Origin: Malacoraja senta
Lineage: Eukaryota
NCBI GenBank assembly: GCA_038087875.1
Contig: CM075988.1
Coordinates: 17,610,001-17,674,000 of the forward strand
Direction of reading: 5' to 3'
DNA length: 64,000 bases
In this document: positions 1 through 12,844 of the stretch, piece by piece
Layout: each line of letters starts with the position of its first letter
Position numbering within the stretch: the stretch's first letter is position 1
Notes under the pieces: generated by a model
What the model saw: the letters and a program-made list of their open reading frames with translations, nothing else
What the model was told of the DNA's origin: nothing
Database searches by the model: none
Translations under genes and position numbers: made by a program

Positions 1-531
1 TGTAAGTGGTGAAGGAATCAAGGGGAAGAGGAGAACTTTCTTACACATTTAATATTAATATTAATTAATATTAATATTGAGTGAAGTTTAAATTTTAACA
101 GGGGAAACTTGAAAACTACAAAAACAAAAAGCTATGAACAAGAGAAAGGGCGTGGGACTAATTGCATAACTGCGTGCTTTCTCTCTGGGATATTATCTTT
201 AAGGCTGTCATGTCGTATTCCTGGGAAAATGGGACTGTGTTAAAAATATTGATGTCTTCATGCACCAGTTTCTATCAATAAGTCTCTGAACGGCAGAGGA
301 TTGAATTAACAAATTTGTACAGTCGTTTCCTGTTATTGCAATGTCACGAGAGTTGAAGTTGGATTTCCTTTGGAACATCAATTGTGAATTAATTCCTGCA
401 TTATTATATAATTGTAAGCAAAAATAATAAGCGGTGTACGAGGTGAAACACACTTTAATGTTATCAGTAACGGGGAGCAGAGAGACACACAACTTGTGGA
501 AAATGTTAATGTGCTCACTCCCGTGCCTTTA

Positions 532-545
532 AGTTTCCATTTCAC
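532..545 (+). promoter_or_regulatory. ISRE-like motif upstream of Gig2
   Basis: AGTTTCCATTTCAC matches the ISRE consensus AGTTTCNNTTTCNC. It also overlaps a pyrimidine tract ending in CAG at 561, so it could double as a splice acceptor. Confidence 0.45.
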
Positions 546-1302
546 TCCTTTTCCTTTTCAGAAAATCATCTTTTGAAACTTGTGCCCAAAGTGGACAGTT
601 CTGATGTAAGAACTCAACCTCTAAAGTTAATTCAGCTTTTTCATTTCATAGATGTTTTCAGATTTTTTTTTAAATACTGGTATTTTACACATATTACAAC
701 TCTGCGTAACTTGTTATTGAAACAAAATTTTTGTGCAAATTTTGAAAGGGATAGAAACATTGGTCGGATGTACTAAGATTAAACTATTGGCAAATTAGTT
801 GAGTTTAGTTTAGTTTATTCAGTTTATTGTCACATATACGAGGAGCTGTGAAAAGCTTTTTTGTTGCGTGTTATCCAGTCAGCGGAAAGACTATACATGC
901 TTTAAATCAAGCTGCCCACTGTACAGATACAGGATGAAAGGAATAACATTTAGTGCAAGATAAAGTCCAATAGGGTCTCCAAGGAGGTAGACGGTAGCTC
1001 AGGACCGTGCTCTACTTAGTGATACTAATTGGTGATAGCAGCTGAGAAGAAACTGTCCCTAAATCTGGAGGTTTTCACACTTCTGTACCACCTGCATGAA
1101 GGGGAGAGGGGAGAAACTAAGACTCACTCTTGATTATGCCAGTGGCCTTGCCGAGGCAGTATGAAGTGTTGATTCGAAGACATGTCAAAATATACATATA
1201 TATATTAACAAAATAAGTACATTTTTGATCCATTGCTCTGGAAGCAATTTTTTTTTTTACTATCACAAAACCAGATCTGTGCTCAAATTTATTCTCTGCA
1301 TA

Positions 1303-1353
1303 GAAAAGGAAACTGAAAACCCATAACCCAGCTTATACTTAAAAATATATAAA
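1303..1353 (+). promoter_or_regulatory. Putative Gig2 core promoter: ISRE/IRF-E plus TATA box
   Basis: GAAAAGGAAACTGAAAAC (1303-1320, tandem GAAA repeats), then TATATAAA (1346-1353). A candidate donor G|GTATGT at 1464 and an acceptor ...TTTTTGTCAAAAG at 2121 would give a non-coding exon 1. Confidence 0.5.
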
Positions 1354-2148
1354 CCACAACATACAAGTCAAGACATTTATTCATTGATATATTGGTCAGG
1401 GCAATATCATAAGGCATTGAATACCTTTACAATATTTAAAATTGTGGTTGAGCAGGAGCCAGGGTATGTTTTTCCAAGTGGTGCAACATACCTTGAGGAG
1501 ATTTCGCAGTGGAGTGAAAGACTTCTTCATTCTGAAGAAGGGTCTCGACCCGAAACATCACCCATTCCTTCTCTCCAGAGATGCTGCCAGTCGTGCTGAG
1601 TTACTCCAGCATTTTGTGTCTTCCTCATGTTTTTCCAAGAATCTGTTTGGCAGATTCACCAGCATGGAAAAACCTGAGGGACATATGGAGACACAAGAAA
1701 ATGCAGATGCTTGAGCTAAAAATCAAAGTACTGATTACAAAGTATAAAGTATTAATTTGCCAGGTGAGGCAGCATTTGTGGTGAAACATGGATGGATCTT
1801 CTTTTGGGATCTTGTCGGGATCTATCTTCATACTGATGGAGCAGGGACGAGGAAGCTGGAGAGAAGGGGTGGGGCAAAAGCCCAGTAAGTGATAGGTGAG
1901 GGAAGAGGAATCGATTGAGAGATGGTTAGAGATCATGATAAAGACTAGAGGTGAAATAAAGAGGAAATGGTAAAAGAAAAGAAGTGGATCAGTGAAACGT
2001 AAAAGGGGACAACGTAAAAGGAGGGCAAAATCGGAGAGGGAAATATGATCAGATTTGGTTAAGAATTAAGGACAGAATTAATAAATCTCATACTTTTATT
2101 TTATTTTATTTTTGTCAAAAGGCAAGTTTTGAAATTCAACTCGTTACC

Positions 2149-2649
2149 ATGGCCTATTATATGCAAAATATATGGGCTGAACAAGATGGACCTGGTTTTA
2201 ATCCACCGTGCCTCGAAAGTCTTGTGTCACCAGTTGAAGACAAGATCTATGTGATGTACCATGGAACCAATGCTGCAAGTGCACAGGCCATTCGTAAAAC
2301 TGGTTTCCGTCGATCCAAGCGTGGCATGCTTGGTCCTGGAGTCTATGTCAGTAGGGACCTCCAAAAAGCTAGCAGGTATCCCCTGAACATCCATCCCAGC
2401 CAAAGGATTGTGCTTAAGTTGCTAGTCAATGTGGGAAAAGTCAAAAAGATAGATTTTCAAGGGCACCCACTCCAGAAGACTTGGCACAGAGAAGGCTATG
2501 ACACTGCTTGGTGCCCTCCAAACTGTTGGATGGTTGAAAGTGGTTTGGAAGAGGATTGTGTCTGGGATCCGAAAAGAATAAAAGTTATTGATTCATTTCG
2601 CCCAAAAAATAATCAGTGTAACCAGTGGATCTTCACCGAATACTCCTGA
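2149..2649 (+). CDS. gig2: Gig2-family protein (grass carp reovirus-induced gene 2-like; PARP/ART-like fold), 166 aa, single coding exon
   Basis: Motifs YHGT, GF..S..GMLGPGVYVSRD..KA..YP, GHPLQKTWH..GYDTAWCPP and SGLEEDCVWDP..I. Kozak context accATGg. Splice acceptor 28 nt upstream of the ATG. Confidence 0.9.
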   Translation: MAYYMQNIWAEQDGPGFNPPCLESLVSPVEDKIYVMYHGTNAASAQAIRKTGFRRSKRGMLGPGVYVSRDLQKASRYPLNIHPSQRIVLKLLVNVGKVKKIDFQGHPLQKTWHREGYDTAWCPPNCWMVESGLEEDCVWDPKRIKVIDSFRPKNNQCNQWIFTEYS

Positions 2650-3148
2650 TCTTACTGGGGCAATGGGGTAATAGTTAGAAGATGTGGATAATGGTGATCT
2701 TGGGTGTAACAATGGTGGTGGGAGCTTCACATATGACAATCAAACTTAGGGTTCGGGGGGAGAAAGCTCCTATTGTTGAAGATGGCCCTCAGTATGCTTT
2801 AGAGAGTAATAGAAACGGATTAAGTGGGTTATCCCATAACCTACCAATGTTCATCGTGTGAATCTTGTGAAAAATTGGTTGTTTTGGTGATATATTGGAG
2901 GTTGCTAAAACCGGGAAAGCAGATAATTAGGAAGATCAGCATCAGCTGCAGTGGGAATAAAACAAGTTCGGGAAATAAAGCAAATAATTCTACTCAGACA
3001 GTAACATTAAAAAATCAGGTGTATAAAGTGTCATATCATGTTCTTTGAAATGCAACCTCTCAAAGCAATCACTGTATTATTCTGTAGCAACAACTTTTGT
3101 GAGCTGGAAAACCATTGATCACTGTACTCTGTGTCTTGTACTACATTT

Positions 3149-3154
3149 AATAAA
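3149..3154 (+). other. Candidate polyadenylation signal of Gig2
   Basis: AATAAA followed by a T/GT-rich tract at about 3166-3190. Confidence 0.4.
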
Positions 3155-3839
3155 ATCATTGGCCACTTTTTTGTTGTATTGTTGTATTTATGGGATAACA
3201 TGGCTCCTCAGTGGTGAAGGTACCACCATGATATGAGATATAAGCCATATACAAAACATTGTTCACAACGTTATGTGATTCATCCACCTATATTTCTCCC
3301 TCTGGTCTCTCCTTTCATCTAAATCTCTCCCCCGGGTGTCTCCTTCCACCTATCTGCCTTCCAACACTATCCATCCCTCTGGCTTTACATTTCACTCCTC
3401 TTCACCTAACCTTCCTCACCTGCACCCACCTATCACTTGCCAGGCATTGTTCTGTCTCCACTTTATTTTCATTGCTATCCCCTACTACAATCAATCTGAA
3501 AAAGGGCTCTAACCCAAAATGTCATCTATCACTTCCCCCCACAGATGGTGCCTGACCTGCTGATCCACTCCAGCACTTTGTATTTTGATCAAAATTCCAG
3601 CATCTGCATTTTTTTGGGCTCCAATATGTAACTCTTTTTCTTCTCACCACAGGCCTACTGCGCACCTCTCCATCTATAACCAATGGCACTACATTCGATT
3701 GGCACCATTTCGATAGTAAAACTTGTTCATAGTTTACCTGTCTCTCAGAAAACTCAATCCAACCCTCACATTCCTCTCATTTCCTACCAGTTGTTCAATT
3801 CCTTTCCTACCACATCCCTTGAGATAGTGGTACAATAAA

Positions 3840-4525
3840 GGAGATCTAGGAAGGATGTAGTTAAACTGAATAGAGTGCGGAGAAGATTTATGAGGATGTT
3901 GTCAGGACTTCAGGGTCTGAGCTATAGGGACCGGTTGGGCAGACTAGGACTGTATTCCTTGGAGCGTAGGAGGATGAGAGATGGCCTTTCAGTTCTGAAG
4001 CTCATGTCATAGGAGCAGAATTAGGCCATTGGCCCATAAAGTATACTCTGCCATTCAATCATGGCTGATCTATCTTTCCCTCCCAACTCCATTCTCCTGC
4101 CTTCACCTGACCCCATAACCCTTGACACCTTTACTAAACAAGAATCTGCCAATCTCCATCTTAAAAATACCCAATGTCTGTGGCAATGAATTCTATATAG
4201 AGGTGCATAACATCATGAGGGATATAGGTAGGGTAGATGCAGAGTCTATTATCCAGAGTATGGAAATCGAGACTACGTAGGTTTAAGGTGATAGGAGAAA
4301 GATTTAATAAGAATCTGAGCGACAACTTTTTTACACAGAGGGTGGTGGGTAATGAGCTGGCGCAGGTAGTTGAGGCATAAACTGCAACATTTAAAAGGCT
4401 TGGACAGGTACATGGATAGAAAAGGTGAAGAGGGCTATAGGCGCGGGCAGGTGGGACAAGTGTACTGTAGATGGGGCACCTTGGTCAATTGGGCCGAAGG
4501 GCCTGTTTCCGTGCTGTGTGACTAT
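3840..4525 (+). mobile_element. CR1-type LINE 3' fragments (nested and interrupted)
   Basis: Degenerate KDVVKL..VRRRF.RML.GL.GLSY.DRL.RLGLYSLERRR coding remnant plus the CR1-like 3' UTR seen in other copies in this window. Confidence 0.6.
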
Positions 4526-5840
4526 AACTCTAAACTTCAGGTGGTAACCTGGTTTATAGTTAGTAACCTTTAACACTGTCTCATTCAGCTGCTGCCTCCT
4601 TTGAAGGTTTATCTGCCTGCAGGGGCTGTTTAACTGGTGACATCAACATAAGACTGGCATGTTTCTTTATCTTGTGGCATTTTCATCAGGTGCATTGTGG
4701 GTGGAGAGAAGATTTAAGAATTTGGATGTGTCGAGGGTTATAGTAAACATGCAAACTGATGGAGTTGAGGCCTGGATGAGATCAACTGGGCTGTTATTGA
4801 ATGACTGTGCAGGCTCAAGGAGGGCGTATGGTTTATTTCTGCTCTCATTTCATATCTTCTTATCTTTTTATAGTAACTGAAAAATTAGGAAACACTATGT
4901 GTACACATAGGCTCCCTCTCAATCCATAAAAGGGTTCATTTTTGCATGTGTTTTTTAACCCTGTGACACATTTGGTTTTACGATCAAGATGAATTTGCAG
5001 TTATTTTGTATGTTGAATCTATTAGAATTGTTTGTGTCGTTTCAAATAGGTTTACCACAAATAATTACCACTTCCTCATAACTCTGTCCCTGATTAACTG
5101 CACAAACTATACTTTATACACTTTGTATACGACCCATTTTTTGCCGTTGATTTTGAGTGCTGCATAGTTTATTGGCAAATGTCCCCTCCTGTACAGAGAA
5201 TGATCTAGCCAGGAATTATCAGGTTTAGCTCCTGACTGCAGTTGGGCTGGCTAATATGACTGATGCAGACAGCATCTCTATTCTGAAAATAAAAGGCAAA
5301 AATAAAAATCAGGCTTCTTGCTTGCAATTACACCTGAGATTTGCATTCATTGATTGAGGACAGGGCATTGTTGTTGAACGCCCTGCATTGTTGATAACCC
5401 TCTGGTGCTTATTATCCTTTTATTACAAGGTGATATACATGTGTGAGTGGTATCCCGAGCTAATTCTTCTACCACCATCATCTATTGCAACAAGTGATGG
5501 TTCCCACTGATTGTCGCCTGAAGCTTGCGCCCTTTTCAGGACGGACGATGACAGCGATGTCAACATTTCAAACATGGAAGATGGACATGAAAGAAGAAGA
5601 ATGAGTCTTTCTTCATGAACGTTCACTGGACGCCTTTAGTATCAGAAAGGACAAATTCTACATGTGGACATCTAACACCAGAGAGCAAATTTTAACAATT
5701 AATTCACAGGATGTGGTTATGACTCACATAGCTAGTATTGCTCATTACTTTATGGCCCTGAATGTGATAGGTTTGTAGCAAACAATGAAAAAAAAAAGTA
5801 GGTTTAAAACAAAAACATTTCACATAAAAGGATTTGTTTA

Positions 5841-6568
5841 TCTCAACATTTTTTAAACACTAATAACTCTTTTATTTTTCATCGATGGGAAAAATCCTCG
5901 GCACCTGAGCGGAGGGGGACTCTGAGTAAGATGGCCAAAAATCACAGCCGTACGTGGTAGCGTTTTTTCTAAAATCAATATAAAGCGCAAACAGGAAGTG
6001 GTCAAGATTAGACTTTTAATTATATAGAAGGCAAGGCAACTTTAATTAGGCAAGGCAACTTTAATTAGGCTAGGCAACTTTAATTAGGCAACACAGCTTT
6101 AGCATTTCCAAACCAAAGTCAACACAGCTTTATCATTTCCAAACCAAAGGCAACACAGCTTTAGCATTTCCACACTATATTTTCAAACCACATTAAGGGC
6201 ACTGACAGGTCAGTAAAACCACTCACAGTTTAGTAGACATGTGTTCAGTGTTATTCACAGCTCAGATTGAGAGACGTGACCCTCTCGCTCCCCCATCTTG
6301 CAGAGACTGACCGAGGCACTCAACACTTCCGGGTTTTATAGTCCCTCTGGAAGCGGCATGGCCTTCAGGAGAGAGAATCTCAACATTTTTTAAACACTAA
6401 TAACTCTTTCATTTTTCATCGATGGGAAAAATCCTCTTGTCCTGCGCAGCAGAGGGGGACTCTGAGTAAGATGGCCAAAAATCACAGCCATAAGTGGCAG
6501 CGTTTTTTCTAAAATCAATATACAGAACAACAGAAAGTGGTCAAGATCAGACTTTTAGTAATATAGAT
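5841..6568 (+). repeat. Composite repeat: ~190-bp direct repeats flanking short tandem arrays; Helitron-like non-autonomous element
   Basis: 5841-6027 closely matches 6377-6568 and both end in ATATAGA. Between them are (AGGCAACTTTAATT)x3 and (GGCAACACAGCTTTAGCATTTCCAAACCAAA)x~3 arrays. Confidence 0.55.
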
Positions 6569-8675
6569 ACAATTATAACTTTGACCAATTATAAATTTAC
6601 TCAGTCATTCAGTCTACTCCCCTGCAAAACTCTTTGCTTAAATATATTTGAAGGCTTTGGTACTTCTAATAAACCAGATCTTTAACCATATATGTACAAT
6701 TGGTCAGTTATCCTGCTGTCTTAACTGTTTCATTAACATAATTATCTATATCTAAGCACTTTGTGTTATTTATACTGGATCGCCAACTTTGTATGTTAAT
6801 TGGCCACTGTAAATGACTCATTGTATGTAGGGAGTGGCTGTGAATATTGAATAACATAAAACTAGTGTGAATGGCTGATCAATGGTGGGCATGGACTTGG
6901 TGGGTCAAAGGGCCTGTTTCCATTCTGCATCTGTAAAACTAAGACTAAACAGAAACTATAGTTTAGCTGCGGTTCGCATCTATCCCAGTGTCTTCCATTG
7001 TAGCCAGTCTTCTAACATGAGCATTACTAGATTATTCATAGATTCACAGAATCATATAGCATAGAAAAAGCCTCTTTGGTGCACAGAGAATTCACCATCC
7101 AACAAGTACCTGTTTTGTACTAATTCTACACTAATCTAATTTTATTCTTCCCATATTCCCATCACCTCTCCCCTGATTCTATCACTCTTTTACATATTAG
7201 GGTCAATTTAAAGTGGTCAACAAGTTTACCAACCTGCACTTATTTGCAATATGGGAGAAAACTGAAGAACTTAGAGGAACCCCACACAGTCAAAATGAGA
7301 ACATGCAAACTCTAAGCAAACAGCAGCAGATGTCAGGATTGAATATGGGTTATTAGTGTGGTATGGTAGCAACTCTACACCTACTTTTGGCTTTCTATAC
7401 ATTAACCAAGCTTCAATCCATGACAGTGTATTATTCACAACCTAAAGTACTCTATTTTGTTTACTATTCTCTCGTGTGGATCTTATCGAAGGCCTTTTGA
7501 AATTCACAAAACACCACATCCATTGGTCCTACCTGTAAAGTTACCACTTTAAAGAAGTCCGACAGATGTGCAATATGATTTCCCTTCCACTTCCATTGTA
7601 ATTCATTCTAGTTTATTTTCCCTCCTGCTAATTTCATGCTCCGCACTATTTAGGCAATGGAATTTTAGGCCGCCCTCGTCAGTCTGCAGGTACCCAGTTG
7701 AGAGAAAGTAATCTAAATTCTGGGAAGGTGAGATGGAAAGAAAGTAGATAGAAAAAAATATGCCCATAACAACAACTGAAATCAACATCCTAAACCATGG
7801 ATTCCTACTGTGGAATGAAAAAATAACTATTTGCATAGAGAGAAATAGTTTGAGCTGCTTTAAGGTTTGGGTGATAGATGTAATAATGGCTCTAGAACAG
7901 TGATCAATATAACAATATAAATATTTGCTAAGAGTAATGGATCTGTGGCTAGACTGGAGATTTCTCAGGTTGTTGAAGTCTACAAAAAGGGAAAAGTGCT
8001 ATCCCATCAGTTGGAGTTCTCCTGGGGCTAAATACTTCAGTAACTACAATAATGAATAAAGCTGTTTCAATTTGGAAGAAAAAAATCCAGGTTTATTTGT
8101 TATTCTGCTTTTTTAATGACTTTGATAGTGTGCAGTGTATTAAATGCTGCTGGGACTCTAGAGTGCATATTACACACATGCACAGGCACATACACTCACT
8201 CTCACACTTATACACACACACGGACACACACACTAACATAGGCACACATGCAAACACACACAAAATGCAATTCACAATTTAACCAGGGCTTTCTTTGTAA
8301 AATTTGATAATGATAAGTTGATAAGTCATAGGAGCAAAATTAGGCCAGTGTGACTTGAATGTGGTGATCAGAGTGCCAATGGGAACTGAGGCTATTGTGA
8401 AAGCAGGGCAGCGAGGAACTGCACGTGTGAACTGTGTGGTGAAGGGAGCGTGTGTTGTGTATTGTGAGAGACACGTGAGTGTAGACCGAGAAGTGTAAGC
8501 TGGTGATAGTAAAAAGAAAGTTTGTGTAAAAAGTGAGCGGTGAGGGGAGTGTAAATGTGCTCTGAAGGTAAGAGATGTAAGCCTGCATGAACCAAAGCCA
8601 CAGAGAACAACATGTGCTGTGAACTGCTGTGCCTGCAGATGAATACATTGTGATGAAGAGAATTCCTGAGTTTGA

Positions 8676-8987
8676 GGGTTCACAGTGGCGCAGCAGAAGA
8701 GCTGCTGCCTTATAGCGTCAGAGACCCGAGTTCGATCCTGACTACGGGCGCTGACTGTACTGAGTTTGTAGATTCTCCCTGTGACCGCGTGGGTTTTCTC
8801 CGGGTGCTCCGGTTTCCTCCCACACTCCAAAGACATACATGTTTTTAGGTTAATTGGCTTTGGTAATATTATAAATTCTCCCAAGCGTGTCGGATAGTGT
8901 TAGTGTATGGGGTGTTCGCTGGTCAGCGCAGACTCAGTGGGCCAAAGGGCCTGTTTCCGCACTGTGTCTCTGAATCCAAAAGTAAAG
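8676..8987 (+). mobile_element. tRNA-derived V-SINE (HE1-like)
   Basis: A-box-like TGGCGCAGC, B box GTTCGATCC, V-domain GGGTTTTCTCCGGGTGCTCCGGTTTCCTCCCACACTCCAAAGAC and a CR1-like tail GGGCCAAAGGGCCTGTTTCC. Confidence 0.75.
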
Positions 8988-10326
8988 TGATGCTCCCGAG
9001 GAAATGCCAGTATCTCCAATCATATCCAATTTATCACAGATGGTAGATCCATACCAAATACTGACAAAGATCTTTATACCATCACTTGCAACTTGCCTAA
9101 TGTGATCCAATTAACACAATAACAGAGATTAAACTTTGCTGACATCATGAATTTAGTTGGCCCAGTGCTCTTCCGGCTCAGGCTATGGGCTCAATCTATT
9201 TATGGACCAACCTCTGATTGAATCTCATCCCATGCAAACTCTAATATGGCTTTACGCTTGGGAAACACAAATATTTACTCAATATTGTACTCAATAAAAT
9301 TAATGACACAATAAAATACAACCCTTTCCAGGCTACTTGCTGAGATTAATCATTTTTTTAAAAGTTGAAGCAATTGAGAGATGTTGTTAGATATCTTTAA
9401 AAAATTTCACATGCAATTAAATATTAAAAATGCAACAAAATGATAAATGGTCTATTGCCAGTGGGTTGTCTCTCCAATCAGAAACAGCTGAAGATTGCTT
9501 TCATTCATATCAGCAGAGTTGTGATTAAACAAGGCTTTACCATTAGCAAATAAGGTGAGATCCTGAATATCTGCCTTCCTTCCACTCGCCGCTCCCCTCC
9601 CCTTCCCACCCTAGACGTCGTACTAGTTCCACTGTTCACATCATTATACCCCTGTCGTTAGCACATCTGGGCTATTACGGATTACACCCTTCCTGAGGTC
9701 ATCTGTTGCTGGTCCTGTTTTGGTTCTGGCCTTTTCTCTCCTCCACTTCCCCCCCCCCCCCCACTCTCCCCCTGTATCTTACAGTCTGAAGAAGGGTTCT
9801 GACCCGAAACGTCACCTATTCCTTTTCACCAGAGATGCTGCCTGACCTGCTGAGTTACTCCAGCATTTTTGGTCTATTTTCGGTATAAACCAACAGTTCC
9901 TTCCTACAGTAGACACAAAATGCTGGAGTATCTCAGCGGAACAGGCAGCATCTCTGGAGAGAAGGAATTGGTGATGATTTAAGTCGAGACCCTTCTTCAG
10001 AGTTCCTTCCTACACGTGACTCAGTCCAATATCTATCTGCTTAGCAAGAAAGACAATCATATAGCACCATGGGGCTGATCCCAACAATTTGATTTACAAA
10101 GATTAATATGCCTGGTGTCGTATGCAGATGATACAAAGTGTGACCACTGAGTTTATTGAAGATTACAGATTGAGAGTGCTGCAGAAATCTGTCAGAAGAT
10201 TTAGAGAGGAATTTTAGAAATGATGGTTGAATTTATATAGCGGATTTCACAGCTTAAGTTTACCCATCGGACTTTTCAACCAATAAAGTGGTTCACTGCA
10301 GGACTCGTTCACAGTAAACAGTTTAC

Positions 10327-10600
10327 GGCAGCCCAGTGGCATAGCTGGTAGTCCTGCTGCCTCATGGCATCAGAGAACTGAGTTCAATCCTGACCTCAGG
10401 TGCTGTCTGTGTGGAGTTTGAACGATTTTTATGTGAGTGCATGGGTTTCCTCCAGCGGCTTAGTTTCCCTCCCACATCCCAAAAGAAAGGTGTGTAGGTT
10501 AATTGCCGACTGTAAAATTGCCCCTAATGGCTAGGGAGTGGATGCACGTGGGATAATATAGAACTAGCGTGAACTAGCTAGTTAGTTTAGGTTTAGGTTT
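10327..10600 (+). mobile_element. V-SINE copy
   Basis: Same head, V-domain and tail as 8676-8987, more diverged. Confidence 0.65.
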
Positions 10601-12844
10601 GTGAGAGGGAGAAGGTTTCATGGAAATCTGAAGGGTGACTTTTTCAAACAAAGATTAGCTGCTATCTGGAATGAGCTTCCAGTGGCAGAGGCAGGAACAT
10701 TCACAACAGTTGAGAGGCACCTGGTATTCCATGAGCAAGCGGAGAAGGATATGGAATTTATGCAGGTAGGTTGTATTAGTATGGATAGGCATGCTGATCA
10801 GCAGAGAATTGGTGTGTCGAAGGGCCTGTTTCCATGGTGAATAACTATGACTCTGACTACAACTTTTTTAAGTCAAAGACAAGCAGCGCAGAGCCAAAGG
10901 CATTTTGGCAAAAATTCATACAATGATTATTGCACTACTTAGCAGCATCACCTTGGATGTGTGTGTTTTTACTTTTAGAATGGGGCTGGAACTTTACCCT
11001 TCTGACTCAAGAGGTAAGAGCGTCCAATTAAGCAACTGCTGAAGTTGAATGTATGAATCTCTCTCCCTCTACTTCAGCTCACCAGACACCGAGTCAGTCA
11101 GAAATGTCTTGTTCTCTCTGGCTTTGACTATCCCAATGCATTCCTGACCATCAAACCTTTTTCTACCCTCTGCAAACTTGTCATTCAAATCTTGGCTACC
11201 TGTCTCTTAAATTCACATCAGCTTGTGTTCGGTGATCACCATTTTACTTGCCAACTCACAGTTGATCCCATTTAAGCAATGTCTAATTTTACAATCCCTA
11301 TCTTGCTCAGATCCTCCAATGTCACCCTATTCAGCCTTTGTAATCTTGTGTCCTAGAAAAGATTGACTTCCACCTGTGCTAATCCACCTCGGGCTTCTTG
11401 GCCATTCTGAATCTACTGTCTCCACCATTGGTGACTGTGTCCTTCACTGCCTGGAGCCTAAACGTTGGAATTCCCTTTCTAAACTGCTCAGGTCTCTCTG
11501 CCTCCTTTCAGACTCTGGTTAAAACTTAAATAAGTGGCCAAAATGTTGTTCATCTATCCTGATATCTCATCATGTGTCTGAGTGTCAGATTTTGATGACA
11601 TTGCTGTAAAGTGGTTTGTGTCATATCCATGGTACAGGTAGTATATAAACATAAGATGCTGTCATTGTTTTCAAGCTCTGTCAGTCACAAGCAGGGAATT
11701 CTGTGTCGTCTTTGTTGGGCTCAACCTTCCTGATTAATTTATCCTGAGGTAATGCAGTGTGACATTAAGACAGATTAACAAACAGCCTCATCTGTGAAGG
11801 ACTGGAAGCGGCTACACTGGTTTCGATCTCAATACCTCCAATTGGAAAAACAACAATATAAGCATGAAGAATAAGCATCAGAAGACAATGAGCGGTGTAT
11901 GAGGCTTTACTCACTGGACTCAAGAATACTTACGGTCTGGAACTTTATCGATTCTTTCCTGAAATAGTCCACAGGAAGGCTCCAAGAATTCCAATTGTAC
12001 GTTTGGATTCTTCTTGCAGTGCAGAAGCTGATTTAGGTATGAAAATAGATTTTGTTGAACAGAATTGCAACATTTACTTTGTTTAAAAAGAACCAAGGTT
12101 AGGCTTTGTGTATCGTTTGTGAAAGGTGACATGGTCACATTCTGTAAAAGCGATAAGCGTATGAGCGCACAAATGCAAACAAAGCTGAGGTTTTTGTACT
12201 TTGTATAATCAGCAGTAACACTATCATATCACTTCACAGAAGGAAAATGTGTAATGGAAAGGGTGCATGTGGGGGTTTCAGGGTGCAAATGGACACTGAT
12301 GTGAAGCAAGTTATACTCAGGCATTCAGAACAAAATATCCAGTGCTTCAAACTTGATTCAGATGGATTTGAATCAGTCTGGACGAGAATAAATTCTTGGA
12401 CATGTGGTCCTGAAAATGGAGCAAAAAGTCATCCTGGCCCAAGGAGAAGTGTTCTTCTCAGGTTTGGAACAAGGAGTATTGTTGTGGAACAAAGGAAGCT
12501 TCATTTGGGCTGTTTTCTCCTTGGCCAGTAAATATTTTGTGCTGACATTGGGGGCCTGAAATAAGAAGCGCTCTGTTCATCGGATATAAAGATCCACGGC
12601 TTAAAATGAAAGAAAGGGAAACACCGTCTAGTCCTGCATAGGTCTAAAAGATAACAGTGCTCTATAAACGTTATTGACTTTAAAGGTAATGCATATATTT
12701 TTACACAGCAATGAGAATAAATTAATTAATAGTTAATGTTGATTGAATATCATGGCTTGTTTAAGAAGGAACTGCAGATGCTGGAAAAATCGAAATCATG
12801 GCATAGTCATAATGAGTGTGAGGGGGGGAAATATAATGGGTGGT

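Noticed and set aside
51..78. 28-bp perfect AT-only palindrome
   Set aside because: Low-complexity (AATATT-type) sequence that is expected by chance or slippage.
6028..6170. Short repeats resembling a CRISPR array
   Set aside because: Tandem units without unique spacers, in a eukaryotic context, with no cas genes.
8676..8750. tRNA-like sequences at SINE heads
   Set aside because: They are followed by the V-domain and a LINE-like tail and lack a full cloverleaf, so they are SINEs and not tRNA genes.
8279..8884. 201-aa minus-strand ORF
   Set aside because: It is made of antisense V-SINE plus GT-rich sequence, with no recognisable domain.
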